From a virus (Duplodnaviria; Heunggongvirae; Uroviricota; Caudoviricetes), in IMG/VR virus record IMGVR_UViG_2872152978_000008: DNA of 34,309 nt; one strand, 5' to 3'. Positions 10,977-20,932 of the stretch are shown here, in pieces. Position 1 is the stretch's first letter; every line of letters begins with the position of its first letter. The position numbers and the translations under genes were made by a program. A model generated the notes under the pieces. It was not told the DNA's origin. It ran no database searches and worked only from the letters and a program-made list of their open reading frames with translations.

Positions 10977-12626
10977 ATGTTAGTCAAGAAAAATAAAAAT
11001 TATAGTTTATATTTTTTAATTACAAATAATCAACAGATATCTGATTCTGGTAATTATATAAAAATAGTCCCATCAAGAAGCGATTGGAATGATTTTGGAT
11101 ATTTGAGTAGAGTCGAAATATCTATTTTTAATAAAAAAGAGTGTAAGGATATAATTTCACTGAATGGTTATATTGGTTTTTTGAATTCAGAGGAGGAACG
11201 AAATGGAAAAGCAGAACTGATAAGGCGAGTGAAAAAAAAGGAAGAATCTAATTTAAAGGATGAGGGGTTTAATGATTATTTTGTCATGCTTCAGGATATG
11301 AATAATTATCGAAGACTAGTAAGATTTTTTGGGGTGAATGAATCCAAATATATATTAAATTTCATTAATGATGTTGTTTCTAAGAAAAGTGACGCTAGTG
11401 CAGAGAATTTGAGGAAAAAAGCAATCTCTTCTGATATCTTTAATAAATCTTTCATTAGAGAGTCTGAGTCGTATTTTACTTTCAAAAATGCAGGAACAGT
11501 TCTTTCCGGTATTCAATATGAGGAGTTGGGTAATTTATCACAGCACATCAAGATTAGCTATTCGAATAAAGTTAATGAAGAAGATGTATCTTATGTTTTT
11601 AATTTTGATCACGAGCATGATTTACCAAAAAGAATTTCCATAATTATAGGCGAGAATGGTGTAGGAAAAAGCCAAACGCTTAGAGAAATCGCATTGGCTG
11701 CGATTAAAGGAAAGGATAATTTGGTGGCTGTAGTTGATTCTAACGGTGTGAGCATTGAAGAACGAATTCAAATTAGTAGGCTCATTGCTTTTTCTCCAAC
11801 AAATGAAAGTAAGTGTTCATTTCCAACCGATAAAAGAATAAAATCATTGATATGGTACAAAAGATTGACTTTAAATCGTGAATCAAAATCCAAATTAAAC
11901 TTGAATGATTTAATAGTGCAACTAGCGAGGAGTAACGACGCTATCGGCTATAATCAAAGGTGGAATATATTTGTTGATGCACTGAGTGTTCTAAATAGTA
12001 ACAACGATTTAGTAATCAAATGTGGCGGTGAAAATTCACCATTTGTTAAATTAAATGAGCTTAATTCTCGAGGCGAAGAATCTAGACTATCATTATATTC
12101 TGAAATTATTCTCTCTGGCGAGCCTTTGAGGCTTATTGAAAATAAATGTTACCCTTTGAGTAGTGGGGAAATATCGTTTATTAAGTTTTGTGTACAAGTC
12201 TGTTTGTATATTGAGAATGGGACTCTTCTATTAATAGATGAGCCAGAAACACATCTCCATCCTTCATTTATTAATAAATTTATGGCATTGCTTGATAATT
12301 TATTAGAAAAGACAGGCTCTTCAGCTATCATAGCAACGCATTCGGTTTATCTTGTTCGGGAGGTTTTTAAGGAGCAAGTGACAATACTCAGAAGACGAGA
12401 TGATGGGGTAATTGTTAGCGAAAAACCGAGATTGAGTACTTTTGGGGCGAATATAGGAAATATCTCATATTTTGTTTTCGGTGAGAGTGAACCAACTCAA
12501 ATTTTAAATAAAGTAAAAAACAATATAATTGCAAAGAATATGTCTTGGGATGATGTTGAATCTAAATATAGCGAGGACTTATCACTTAATGTATTAACTG
12601 CGTTGAGAAATGAAATGGGCAATTGA
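10977..12626 (+). CDS. ABC/AAA15-type ATPase with ~220-aa N-terminal extension (PtuA-like defence ATPase candidate)
   Basis: Walker A GENGVGKSQ (~aa 226), ABC signature-like LSSGE, Walker B LLLIDEPETHLHP, H-loop ATHS. GAGAGGG SD before ATG. Very AT-rich relative to the flanking prophage. Confidence 0.75.
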   Translation: MLVKKNKNYSLYFLITNNQQISDSGNYIKIVPSRSDWNDFGYLSRVEISIFNKKECKDIISLNGYIGFLNSEEERNGKAELIRRVKKKEESNLKDEGFNDYFVMLQDMNNYRRLVRFFGVNESKYILNFINDVVSKKSDASAENLRKKAISSDIFNKSFIRESESYFTFKNAGTVLSGIQYEELGNLSQHIKISYSNKVNEEDVSYVFNFDHEHDLPKRISIIIGENGVGKSQTLREIALAAIKGKDNLVAVVDSNGVSIEERIQISRLIAFSPTNESKCSFPTDKRIKSLIWYKRLTLNRESKSKLNLNDLIVQLARSNDAIGYNQRWNIFVDALSVLNSNNDLVIKCGGENSPFVKLNELNSRGEESRLSLYSEIILSGEPLRLIENKCYPLSSGEISFIKFCVQVCLYIENGTLLLIDEPETHLHPSFINKFMALLDNLLEKTGSSAIIATHSVYLVREVFKEQVTILRRRDDGVIVSEKPRLSTFGANIGNISYFVFGESEPTQILNKVKNNIIAKNMSWDDVESKYSEDLSLNVLTALRNEMGN

Positions 12627-13491
12627 AATGAATAAATTAAAAAGACCTGTTTTTAAAGATTATTCTGCATTTAAAAAACTATCTGCAAATAAGAGATTAA
12701 AACATCATTCTGTTCTGAATGGACAGGATACATTTATACTTAATGCATATAGATCGTACATAAAGAATAAAGGGTATCTTAATGTCAATTCTTGTGGCGT
12801 ATTGAGTAACAATATTGCTGAAGCTTTGAGATATTATTATAACAATCCCGCAAAGTGTTTATCTATAATTGATGATATAAGAGCAGCTAATTCTAACTCT
12901 CTATGTCCAATGTGTGGTTCAATGCATAGCGGGACTTTGGATCATGTTTTACCCAAGGAAAACTATCCAGAATTTTCTTTATTCACTAAGAATTTGGTTC
13001 CTGCTTGCAAATGTAATACTTTCAAAAGTACTACTATAGCTAATTCTGCAGGCCATCGGATGCTGCATCCATATTTTGATAATATATTAAAACAAAGATT
13101 AATATGTGCTAATTTTTCTAAATTAGGGCGAACACCTACAATTGATGTAAAAATCATAATTGACCCAATGTCACCAGAATATAACAATGTTAAGTATCAT
13201 CTTGATAATGTTGTTATCAAGAATAATATTAAGGGGTATTTGTCTGAACAATGGGAGTCGTTTTACTTATATCCTGAGCTTGTTATTAGAGGACTGAATA
13301 AGAGTCTTTCTACTTATAGCGATGTATATGAGTTGTTGACTCGCGAGTTGTTGCTGTTGGATGAAAAACATAAAGGTAAAAATAATTGGAATTCGGTTTT
13401 TGTAGCTGGGTTAATTCGACCTGATGTGATTAGGTGGATACTCTGTGAATTACATTTAGGTAACAGAAGTCCAGACGGTCGTCTCATATGA
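12610..13491 (+). CDS. HNH endonuclease (PtuB-like defence nuclease candidate)
   Basis: CPMCGSMHSGTLDHVLPKENYPEFSLFTKNLVPACKCNTFK carries the CxxC...DH...N...CxCN HNH/zinc-finger signature. Start overlaps the ATPase stop by 17 nt (alternative ATG at 12628), suggesting translational coupling. Confidence 0.75.
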   Translation: MKWAIEMNKLKRPVFKDYSAFKKLSANKRLKHHSVLNGQDTFILNAYRSYIKNKGYLNVNSCGVLSNNIAEALRYYYNNPAKCLSIIDDIRAANSNSLCPMCGSMHSGTLDHVLPKENYPEFSLFTKNLVPACKCNTFKSTTIANSAGHRMLHPYFDNILKQRLICANFSKLGRTPTIDVKIIIDPMSPEYNNVKYHLDNVVIKNNIKGYLSEQWESFYLYPELVIRGLNKSLSTYSDVYELLTRELLLLDEKHKGKNNWNSVFVAGLIRPDVIRWILCELHLGNRSPDGRLI

Positions 13492-13501
13492 TTTTTTGCA
13501 T

Positions 13502-13527
13502 CTTCAGCGTGTATCTGCACGCTGAAG
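13502..13527. repeat. Perfect 10-bp inverted repeat (CTTCAGCGTG-TATCTG-CACGCTGAAG) downstream of the HNH gene
   Basis: Stem-loop 11 nt after the HNH stop; no canonical U-tract on either strand, so terminator function is uncertain. Confidence 0.5.
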
Positions 13528-13647
13528 AAATTCATAAAAACTGCTGCCTATTAATAAATTTTTTTAGCTGAGTTAAAGAACCTCATTTAGTGATTACGTT
13601 AAGTAGCTAGTTTATAACTATCAAATTTAACAATGTTCTCACTTACC

Positions 13648-14628
13648 AATTTATTTCCATCATTCTTTTTTGTAACGGTATTAACTCGTTACGTACAAAC
13701 ACCAGGCTCGCCTTCTCCACATCCCCAAACCCCCGACATTATTAGGCATAATCCCCATCATTTGCGGTGGCACACGATGCGCCGCCATCATGTCATCCCG
13801 GCTCACGTTCTTGATGTTCAGAAACTCATCCTTCGCCGCGACTTCTGACAACGGGATGATCTGAAGCCCGTCCTTTTTGCCGTTAGGCGAGTACATAAAC
13901 AGATTGCGGAAGTTACCTGGTCCTTTGGCGCTTTTCATCGCATTGCGGAGGTTGTTCACATCCTCCTGGTTTTGCGCGGCATCGGTCATGTACATGATGA
14001 AGCCTGCATGACTGCCGTTAATGTAATACTATCGGCGGAACAGCGTGGCGGACTCGTTGAGCAGGGCTGACGGAATGGCAGAAAGGTAACCTGGCAGGCC
14101 GTAGATCTCTTGGTTGATGTCCGGTTCCATCAGATGAAAGATGCTTCCTTTCGTGAACTGATACGGCTGCGTGGTCATGCCGTATTGCACAAACCAGTAG
14201 GTATCCAGGTCTAATCCGCGTCGGGTGTATTTTGCCAGAGCAGGCTCAAGAGCGATGACCTCTCCGAACCGGTTTGTGCGTTTCTCCAGGTAAGCGTTAC
14301 CAAATACCAGATAATCCTGCACAAAACGTGAAAAAGCCTGCTGGCTGAGCAGCGGGTGAGGGATGTAGGTACTGATCAGAATGTTGCATTTCACCGCAAT
14401 TGGTGAACTGTGATGCACGGCGGCGCGGAAGGTGCGCGCCAGTCCGTCAAAACTCACTGGCGGCTCATACCAGCGATCTGTCTGTACGCATTCCACATAG
14501 TCCAGTAGTTCACGGCGGTCCAGAACCGGAACGGGATCGCCGAAGCTGAATGCTTCGGCTGAAGTCTGGTTTTTATGCTGGGTCTGTTTCGTCGCCGCAG
14601 CGCGGTTCTTCTTACTCTTTCCCATCAA
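13648..14628 (-). pseudogene. Q: Portal protein gpQ with in-frame TAG (14029-14031) and a probable 1-bp deletion near 13727-13729
   Basis: ORFs 14029-14628 and 13681-13995 share a frame: ...ATLFRR*YYINGSHAGFIMYMTD.... Downstream the frame decays to GGLGMWRRRAWCLYVTS*, while adding one T restores a protein-like GGFGDVEKASLVFVRNELIPLQ... continuation to ~13648. Confidence 0.8.
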
Positions 14629-16391
14629 AAAATCTCCACAATATTGCTGGTATTGGCGGACTCGCCCTGCAGCGGTTCGTTAAACAGTGCGTGCATTGTT
14701 GCCCAGGCCAGATCGGCATGGCTGGCTTCTTCGCTGCGGCTGGCTTCATAGGTCGGGCGGTTGCCGCTGGCGGTGGTGGCGCGACGGATTGCCATGAATG
14801 ACTGCGCAATGTCGGTGTGCCCGGCGTCAAACTCAAGACGGCGGTGGCTGATAATGTCGTAGGCCTTGAGTACCAGGGCGTTTTTAACGTTGGGGTTGTA
14901 GACAAACTCCCGGACGGCAGGAAAAAACGCTTTCACGTTCTCGTAAACCCCGTGACCAACGCCGGTTGAGTCGATGCCGATATAGGTCACGTTGTACTGT
15001 TCAGTCAGTTTTTTGATGGCGTAAGCCTGGGCGCGAAAGTCCATTCCGCGCCACTGGTGACGCTCAAGAATGCGGAACTTACCGCCTGGCACGGCTGGCG
15101 GTGCCACCACCACGCATCCGGCGCTGTCGCCGTTCTGCGTACCTTTTGCCGGGTCATAACCGATCCACACTTCGCGCCAGCCAAACGGGCGCAGGGCCAG
15201 TGCATGAAAGTCGGTCCAGACTTCCCAGCTGTCCACCATGCACGCCTGCAATTCGCTGAGCGGGAACACGGACGCGAGATCGTCCACGAACTCGCACATC
15301 AGCAGGTTCTGGTATTCGTCAGGGCTGTACTCCATGCGCAACTGGTCAAGGTCGAACAGGTTACAGGCGCCGCGCACCGCATCTTCCACGGTGACTATCT
15401 GGCGGTATTGCCCGTCTGCGCACAGCAGGCCGGGGGCCAGATTGCTGTGGGACAGGTCGATGTCCACCTTGTCAGCTTTGTTGCGCCCACGGTTGAACAG
15501 CGCACCGGACCAGAACGGATAAGCACTGTGGGTCAGACTGGATGGTGTGGAAAAATAGGTCTGCCGCCATTTCTTGTGAATAGCCATACCAGAAGCCACT
15601 TTGCGTAGCTCCTGAAATTTCGGTATCCAGAAATATTCATCCAGATACAGGTTACCGTGATAACTCTGGGCAGTGCGGGCATTGGTGCCGAGGAAATACA
15701 GTGTGGCCCCGTTGGGAAGCACCATCGGATCGCCTTTCAGCTCCACCTCCACTTCTTTGGCAAAGTCGATGATGTACTGTTTGAAGACGTGGGCCTGTGC
15801 CTTACTGGCAGAAAGGAAAATCTGGTTACGTCCGGTAAGCAGGGCGTCAATCAGGGCTTCACGGGCAAAATAGAAGGTCGCGCCGATCTGGCGTGACTTC
15901 AGCAGGTTGCGGATGCGGTTGGTTTTTCCGGCTTCCCACCAGTGGCGCTGGTAGTTGAACATGGAGGAATGGAAATTTTTTTCCAGCTTCTCAATCTGGT
16001 CATCGGTGAAAACATTCTTTTCAGGCTGACGGCGTGGGCCTTTGTTGCGGTTGGCGACGTTAGGGTTTAAGTCGGCTTCGTTGCCGCCATTGTTAAACTT
16101 GCCGATCCGCGCGTGGCGCTCAGACTGGCGCGCCAGCAGGTCAATATCTTTGAAATCTTTCCCTTCTTTGTGCTCCTTCATGATGAGCTGGCAGTAGCGT
16201 GCGGCGGTGGTGAGCTGCATCTGATCCAGAGGCCCATAGTCACCCCACTTGTCGCGTTTTTTCCAGCTGTAAACGGTTGCAACTTTCTCGCCCAGCATTT
16301 CAGCAATGCGGGCTACGCGGTATCCCTGAAAGTACAGCAGCATGGCCTGCCGACGGGGATCGAGATCTGCGGGTGTCAGTGTGGTGTTCAT
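14625..16391 (-). CDS. P: Terminase large (ATPase) subunit gpP
   Basis: 588-aa ORF, size and sequence consistent with P2 gpP; divergent from O as in P2. Confidence 0.9.
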   Translation of the reverse strand: MNTTLTPADLDPRRQAMLLYFQGYRVARIAEMLGEKVATVYSWKKRDKWGDYGPLDQMQLTTAARYCQLIMKEHKEGKDFKDIDLLARQSERHARIGKFNNGGNEADLNPNVANRNKGPRRQPEKNVFTDDQIEKLEKNFHSSMFNYQRHWWEAGKTNRIRNLLKSRQIGATFYFAREALIDALLTGRNQIFLSASKAQAHVFKQYIIDFAKEVEVELKGDPMVLPNGATLYFLGTNARTAQSYHGNLYLDEYFWIPKFQELRKVASGMAIHKKWRQTYFSTPSSLTHSAYPFWSGALFNRGRNKADKVDIDLSHSNLAPGLLCADGQYRQIVTVEDAVRGACNLFDLDQLRMEYSPDEYQNLLMCEFVDDLASVFPLSELQACMVDSWEVWTDFHALALRPFGWREVWIGYDPAKGTQNGDSAGCVVVAPPAVPGGKFRILERHQWRGMDFRAQAYAIKKLTEQYNVTYIGIDSTGVGHGVYENVKAFFPAVREFVYNPNVKNALVLKAYDIISHRRLEFDAGHTDIAQSFMAIRRATTASGNRPTYEASRSEEASHADLAWATMHALFNEPLQGESANTSNIVEIF

Positions 16392-16533
16392 GGCACAAAC
16401 CTACAGCCTTGAATGAAGGCTTTCCCCGCCTGCGGTTTGTGTGGTTGTCGGTACAAATACCGCGCATTGTTTCACTGCCCCTATCACCGCAACCATAAGG
16501 CTCCAGTAAGTTTTTTCTAACGGAGCACGGCTC

Positions 16534-17367
16534 ATGACAGTGAAAGCAAAGCGTTTTCGCATCGGGGTGGAAGGTGCCACCACCGACGGACGCGAAATCC
16601 AGCGTGAATGGCTGGAACAGATGGCAGCCAGCTATAACCCGGCGGTGTATACCGCGCTGATTAACCTTGAGCACATCAAGTCTTATCTGCCGGACAGCAC
16701 CTTTAACCGCTACGGCAAGGTGACGGCGCTGTTTGCTGAAGAAATCACGGAAGGTCCGCTGGCAGGCAAGATGGCGCTGTATGCTGACGTTGAGCCAACG
16801 GAGTCCCTGGTGGAACTGGTGAAAAAAGGCCAGAAATTATTCACCTCTATGGAAGTCAGCCCGAAGTTCGCTGATACGGGCAAAGCCTACCTGGTCGGCC
16901 TGGCTGCCACTGATGACCCTGCCAGTCTGGGCACTGAAATGCTGACATTCAGCGCCAGTGCAGCCCATAACCCGCTGGCAAACCGCAAGCAGAATCCCGC
17001 CAATCTCTTTACCGCCGCAGAGGAAACGGTGATCGAACTGGAAGAAGTCCAGGACGACAAACCGTCCCTGTTTGCCCGCGTCACGGCGCTGTTTACCAAA
17101 AAAGAGCAGTCCGATGACGCCCGGTTCTCTGATGTGCATAAGGCCGTGGAGCTGGTCGCCACTGAGCAGCAGAACCTGAGCGCACGCACCGAAAAATCCC
17201 TGTCTGAGCAGGAAGAACGCCTGTCTGAGCTGGAGACTGCCCTGCAGGCACAGCAAACCGCCTTTAACGAACTGGTGGACAAGCTGAGTCATGAAGACAG
17301 CCGCCAGGACTACCGCCAGCGTGCAACAGGCGGTAACGCCCCCGCTGACACTCTGACCAATTGCTGA
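16534..17367 (+). CDS. O: Capsid scaffolding protein gpO
   Basis: 277 aa with Ala/Glu/Gln-rich coiled-coil C-terminal half, upstream of the major capsid gene. Confidence 0.85.
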   Translation: MTVKAKRFRIGVEGATTDGREIQREWLEQMAASYNPAVYTALINLEHIKSYLPDSTFNRYGKVTALFAEEITEGPLAGKMALYADVEPTESLVELVKKGQKLFTSMEVSPKFADTGKAYLVGLAATDDPASLGTEMLTFSASAAHNPLANRKQNPANLFTAAEETVIELEEVQDDKPSLFARVTALFTKKEQSDDARFSDVHKAVELVATEQQNLSARTEKSLSEQEERLSELETALQAQQTAFNELVDKLSHEDSRQDYRQRATGGNAPADTLTNC

Positions 17368-17383
17368 TGGAGCACAAAACCTG

Positions 17384-18442
17384 ATGAAGAAGAATACCCG
17401 CTTTGCTTTTAACGCTTACCTGCAGCAACTGGCGCGTCTGAACGGTGTGGCAGTTGAAGAACTGTCCAGCAAGTTCACCGTAGAGCCGTCCGTGCAGCAG
17501 ACGCTGGAAGACCAGATCCAGCAGTCCGCCGCTTTCCTGACTCTGATTAACGTCACGCCAGTGACTGAGCAGTCCGGTCAGCTGCTGGGGTTGGGAGTTG
17601 GCAGCACCATTGCCGGAACCACTGATACCACTGCGAAAGAGCGTGAACCTGTCGATCCGACGCTGATGGTCGATGTGGAATATAAATGCGAGCAGACCAA
17701 CTTTGACACGGTGCTGACCTACGCGAAGCTGGACCTGTGGGCGAAGTTTCAGGATTTTCAGGTGCGTATCCGTGACGCCATTGTGAAACGTCAGGCACTG
17801 GACCGCATCATGATCGGCTTTAATGGCGTGAAGCGTGCGAAAACCTCCAACCGTAGCGAAAACCCGCTGCTGCAGGATGTGAATAAAGGCTGGCTGCAGA
17901 AAATCCGTGAGGATGCACCGGATCACGTCATGGGCAGCACCACCACGGGCGGTGAAACCACACCGGGCGCAGTGAAAGTCGGGAAAGGTGGCGAATATGC
18001 CAACCTGGACGCCGTGGTGATGGATGCCGTCAATGAGCTTATCGACGTGGTCTACCAGGACGATGACGATCTGGTGGTGATTTGCGGTCGTGAACTGCTG
18101 TCTGACAAGTATTTCCCGCTGGTCAACAAAGAGCAGGAAAACAGTGAAAAACTGGCTGCCGATATGATCATCAGTCAGAAACGCATGGGTGGCCTGCAGG
18201 CCGTGCGTGCGCCGTTCTTCCCGCCGAATGCGCTGCTGATCACCCGTCTGGATAACCTGTCCATCTACTGGCAGGAAGACACCCGCCGCCGTTCAGTTAT
18301 CGACAACCCGAAACGTGACCGGATTGAAAACTTTGAATCCGTTAACGAAGCCTATGTGGTTGAGGACTACCGCTGCGCCGCACTGGTGGAAAACATCCAG
18401 ATTAGTGATTTCAGCGCCGCCGCAGCCGAAACCGGAGCGTAA
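17384..18442 (+). CDS. N: Major capsid protein gpN
   Basis: 352 aa; position and length as P2 gpN. Confidence 0.9.
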   Translation: MKKNTRFAFNAYLQQLARLNGVAVEELSSKFTVEPSVQQTLEDQIQQSAAFLTLINVTPVTEQSGQLLGLGVGSTIAGTTDTTAKEREPVDPTLMVDVEYKCEQTNFDTVLTYAKLDLWAKFQDFQVRIRDAIVKRQALDRIMIGFNGVKRAKTSNRSENPLLQDVNKGWLQKIREDAPDHVMGSTTTGGETTPGAVKVGKGGEYANLDAVVMDAVNELIDVVYQDDDDLVVICGRELLSDKYFPLVNKEQENSEKLAADMIISQKRMGGLQAVRAPFFPPNALLITRLDNLSIYWQEDTRRRSVIDNPKRDRIENFESVNEAYVVEDYRCAALVENIQISDFSAAAAETGA

Positions 18443-18445
18443 TCC

Positions 18446-19096
18446 ATGAGCCTGAGTCCCGCACGGCAGCATCGCCTGCGCGTTCAGGCTGAACAGGCCG
18501 CCCGTGAGGGTGGCAGTGTTCGCCACGCATCGGGCTATGACCTGATGCTGCTGCAACTGGCGGAAGACCGCCGCCGTCTCAAGGGCGTTCAGTCCACGGT
18601 CAAAAAAGCGGAAATCAAAGTGGAGCTGCTGCCGAAGTACGCCGCCTGGGCGGAGGGTGTCCTGGCTGCCGGAGGCGCTCAACAGGATGACGTGCTGATG
18701 TACGTGATGTTGTGGCGCATTGATGCCGGAGATTATGCCGGGGCGCTGGAGATCGGGCGTCATGCCCTGCGTCATGGATGGGTGATGCCGCTGGGCAACC
18801 GCAACGTGCAGACCGTGCTGACAGAGGAAATGGCAGATGCAGCGCAGAGCGCAATGCTTGCCGCCACCGGCTTTGATGCCGATCTGTTGCTGAAGACGCT
18901 GGAGCTGACAGACGGTCTGGATATGCCGGACCAGTCACGGGCACGTCTGCATAAAGCGATTGGCGCGGTCCTGAGTGAAAGCAATCCGGCTTCCGCCCTT
19001 AATCATCTCAACCATGCGTTACAGCTCGATCCCCGCTGTGGCGTGAAAAAAGACAAACAGCAGCTGGAGCGCAGACTGCGCAATGACAGCCGCTGA
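18446..19096 (+). CDS. M: Terminase small subunit gpM
   Basis: 216 aa immediately after N, as in P2. Confidence 0.8.
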   Translation: MSLSPARQHRLRVQAEQAAREGGSVRHASGYDLMLLQLAEDRRRLKGVQSTVKKAEIKVELLPKYAAWAEGVLAAGGAQQDDVLMYVMLWRIDAGDYAGALEIGRHALRHGWVMPLGNRNVQTVLTEEMADAAQSAMLAATGFDADLLLKTLELTDGLDMPDQSRARLHKAIGAVLSESNPASALNHLNHALQLDPRCGVKKDKQQLERRLRNDSR

Positions 19097-19191
19097 CAGA
19101 ACGTGCCCCCGCGCACGGGCGGCACGGGGTGGCGAAAGGCACAGCCACATCAAAAACCCGTCCACCGCCCTTTATTTCAGGAGAAAGCAGC

Positions 19192-19638
19192 ATGAAGTTT
19201 GTTGCGCCAGAACAGGCACCGGAACAGGCGGAAATCATTAGAAATACGCCGTTCTGGCCTGATGTGGACCTGTCGGAGTTTCGCAGTGTCATGCGCACTG
19301 ACGGCACGGTGACGCAGCCGCGTTTAAAGTAGGTTGCACTGTCGGCAATTTCGGAGGTTAACGCAGAGCTGTATGAGTTTCGCAGACGCCAGCAGATGCT
19401 GGGGTATGCGTCGGAACAGCTGGACGGGAAAAGTGAGCGCATTCAGCACTATTTCAACGCGGTTTACTGCTGGGCTCGCGCCATGCTCAACGAACGTTTC
19501 CAGGACTATGACGCCACGGCATCCGGTGCGAAGCGGGGCGAAGAACTGGCGGAAGCAAGCGGTGATTTGTGGCGTGACGCCCGCTGGGCCATCAGCCGGG
19601 TGCAGGACGCGCCGCACTGCACAGTGGAGCTTATCTGA
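19192..19638 (+). pseudogene. L: Head completion protein gpL interrupted by in-frame TAG at 19330-19332
   Basis: AGGAG SD then ATG at 19192. MKFVAPEQ...TQPRLK*VALSAISEVNAELYEFRRRQQMLGYASEQ...DLWRDARWAISRVQDAPHCTVELI is continuous in one frame apart from the TAG. Confidence 0.75.
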
Positions 19639-19841
19639 TGAAAGTGCGTGCGCATCAGTATGACACGGTGGACGCGCTTTGCTGGCGTCATTACGGGCGC
19701 ACGCAGGGTGTCACGGAGCAGGTACTGAAGGCAAATCCGGGGCTTGCCGAATACGGCCCCTTTGTACCTCACGGGCTGCAGGTGGAGCTGCCGGACATTC
19801 CGACCACCACCACCGTGCAGACCGTCCAGCTATGGGACTGA
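19638..19841 (+). CDS. X: Small tail protein gpX
   Basis: 67 aa, same size and position as P2 gpX. Confidence 0.8.
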   Translation: MKVRAHQYDTVDALCWRHYGRTQGVTEQVLKANPGLAEYGPFVPHGLQVELPDIPTTTTVQTVQLWD

Positions 19842-19844
19842 ATT

Positions 19845-20060
19845 ATGACGCTTGAGCGAATCAGCGCCTTTATCACGTATTGCATCGCCGTCGTGCTGGC
19901 CTGGCTGGGCGATTTGTCCATCAAGGATGCCTCAACGCTGGGCGGCCTGATGATTGGTGTGCTGATGCTGGCTATCAACTGGTACTACAAACACAAAGCC
20001 TACCAGCTTCTGCGCGACGGGCAGATCTCGCGGGAGGACTATGAATCCATCAATCGTTAA
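19845..20060 (+). CDS. Holin (possible pinholin)
   Basis: 71 aa with two hydrophobic segments and a charged C-terminus, immediately upstream of the lysozyme gene. Confidence 0.6.
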   Translation: MTLERISAFITYCIAVVLAWLGDLSIKDASTLGGLMIGVLMLAINWYYKHKAYQLLRDGQISREDYESINR

Positions 20061-20553
20061 ACGCTGCCTTGTCGGGGCCGTGCTGGCTATTGCTGCCACG
20101 CTGCCGGGTTTTCAGCAGCTTCACACCTCCGTGGAGGGACTGAAACTGATTGCCGATTACGAAGGTTGTCGTCTGCAGCCGTATCAGTGCAGCGCGGGTG
20201 TCTGGACCGACGGTATTGGTAATACGTCGGGCGTCATTCCCGGCAAAACCATTACGGAGCGACAGGCAGCAGAAGGGCTGATCTCCAACGTGCTGCGTGT
20301 GGAGCGGGCGCTGGAAAGGTGTGTGAAGCAACAGCCGCCGCAGAAGGTGTATGACGCTGCGGTGTCGTTTGCCTTCAACGTGGGTACGGGCAATGCCTGC
20401 AGTTCCACGCTGGTGAAATTGCTCAATCAGCGGCGCTGGGCGGATGCGTGCCGACAGTTGCCGCGCTGGGTTTATGTGAAAGGTGTTTTTAATCAGGGGC
20501 TGGATAACCGCCGTGCGCGGGAGATGGCCTGGTGTTTACAGGGAGCAAACTGA
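20041..20553 (+). CDS. Phage lysozyme (GH24) with N-terminal signal-anchor-release segment (SAR endolysin)
   Basis: N-terminal hydrophobic stretch CLVGAVLAIAATLPGF, then lysozyme-like core (LIADYEGCRLQPYQCSAGVWTDGIGNT). Confidence 0.75.
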   Translation: MNPSIVKRCLVGAVLAIAATLPGFQQLHTSVEGLKLIADYEGCRLQPYQCSAGVWTDGIGNTSGVIPGKTITERQAAEGLISNVLRVERALERCVKQQPPQKVYDAAVSFAFNVGTGNACSSTLVKLLNQRRWADACRQLPRWVYVKGVFNQGLDNRRAREMAWCLQGAN

Positions 20554-20554
20554 A

Positions 20555-20932
20555 ATGAAAAAGAAATTAATCAGCGGGCTGTTTCTGATGTTATGGATGG
20601 CGCTGTTAATCGCAGCAATAGTGTATCCGCAGGGGATTTTTCCGGTACTGGCAGCGTCCGGCGTTTGGGTAGCCTGTTTACTGACATGGGCGGTAATTCC
20701 GGTAGCACTGGCTTCGTTAATTAAGAATGGCCCGCTCTGGCAGGAGTTGAGGGCATCTTTACTGAAGACAATTACCCGAAAAGAAAACGTATTTATCAGC
20801 TGGGTGATACGATTGCTGATTGTCGTCAGTCTCGCCTGGACGGGGTGGGCCATTACCCTGGTCTTTTATCTGCTGACCGTTATTGCCTTCTGGATCACCC
20901 GTAATCAGATGGCGCAACAGGTAGCCGCATGA
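20555..20932 (+). CDS. LysA-like lysis-associated membrane protein
   Basis: Strongly hydrophobic multi-TM protein starting MKKKLISGLF with GGGAG SD; in the lysA position of P2. Confidence 0.5.
   Translation: MKKKLISGLFLMLWMALLIAAIVYPQGIFPVLAASGVWVACLLTWAVIPVALASLIKNGPLWQELRASLLKTITRKENVFISWVIRLLIVVSLAWTGWAITLVFYLLTVIAFWITRNQMAQQVAA

Noticed and set aside
10882-13500. Possible retron (ATPase plus HNH are effectors of some retrons, and retrons are known cargo of P2-like prophages)
   Set aside because: No reverse-transcriptase ORF and no room for an msr/msd RNA: only ~90 bp separate IS1 from the ATPase start and the HNH is followed directly by Q. A retron deleted by the IS1 insertion cannot be excluded.
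15057-15608. 183-aa plus-strand ORF
   Set aside because: Antisense within the terminase large subunit gene gpP; no independent support.
17264-17926. 220-aa minus-strand ORF
   Set aside because: Antisense within the major capsid gene gpN; shadow ORF.
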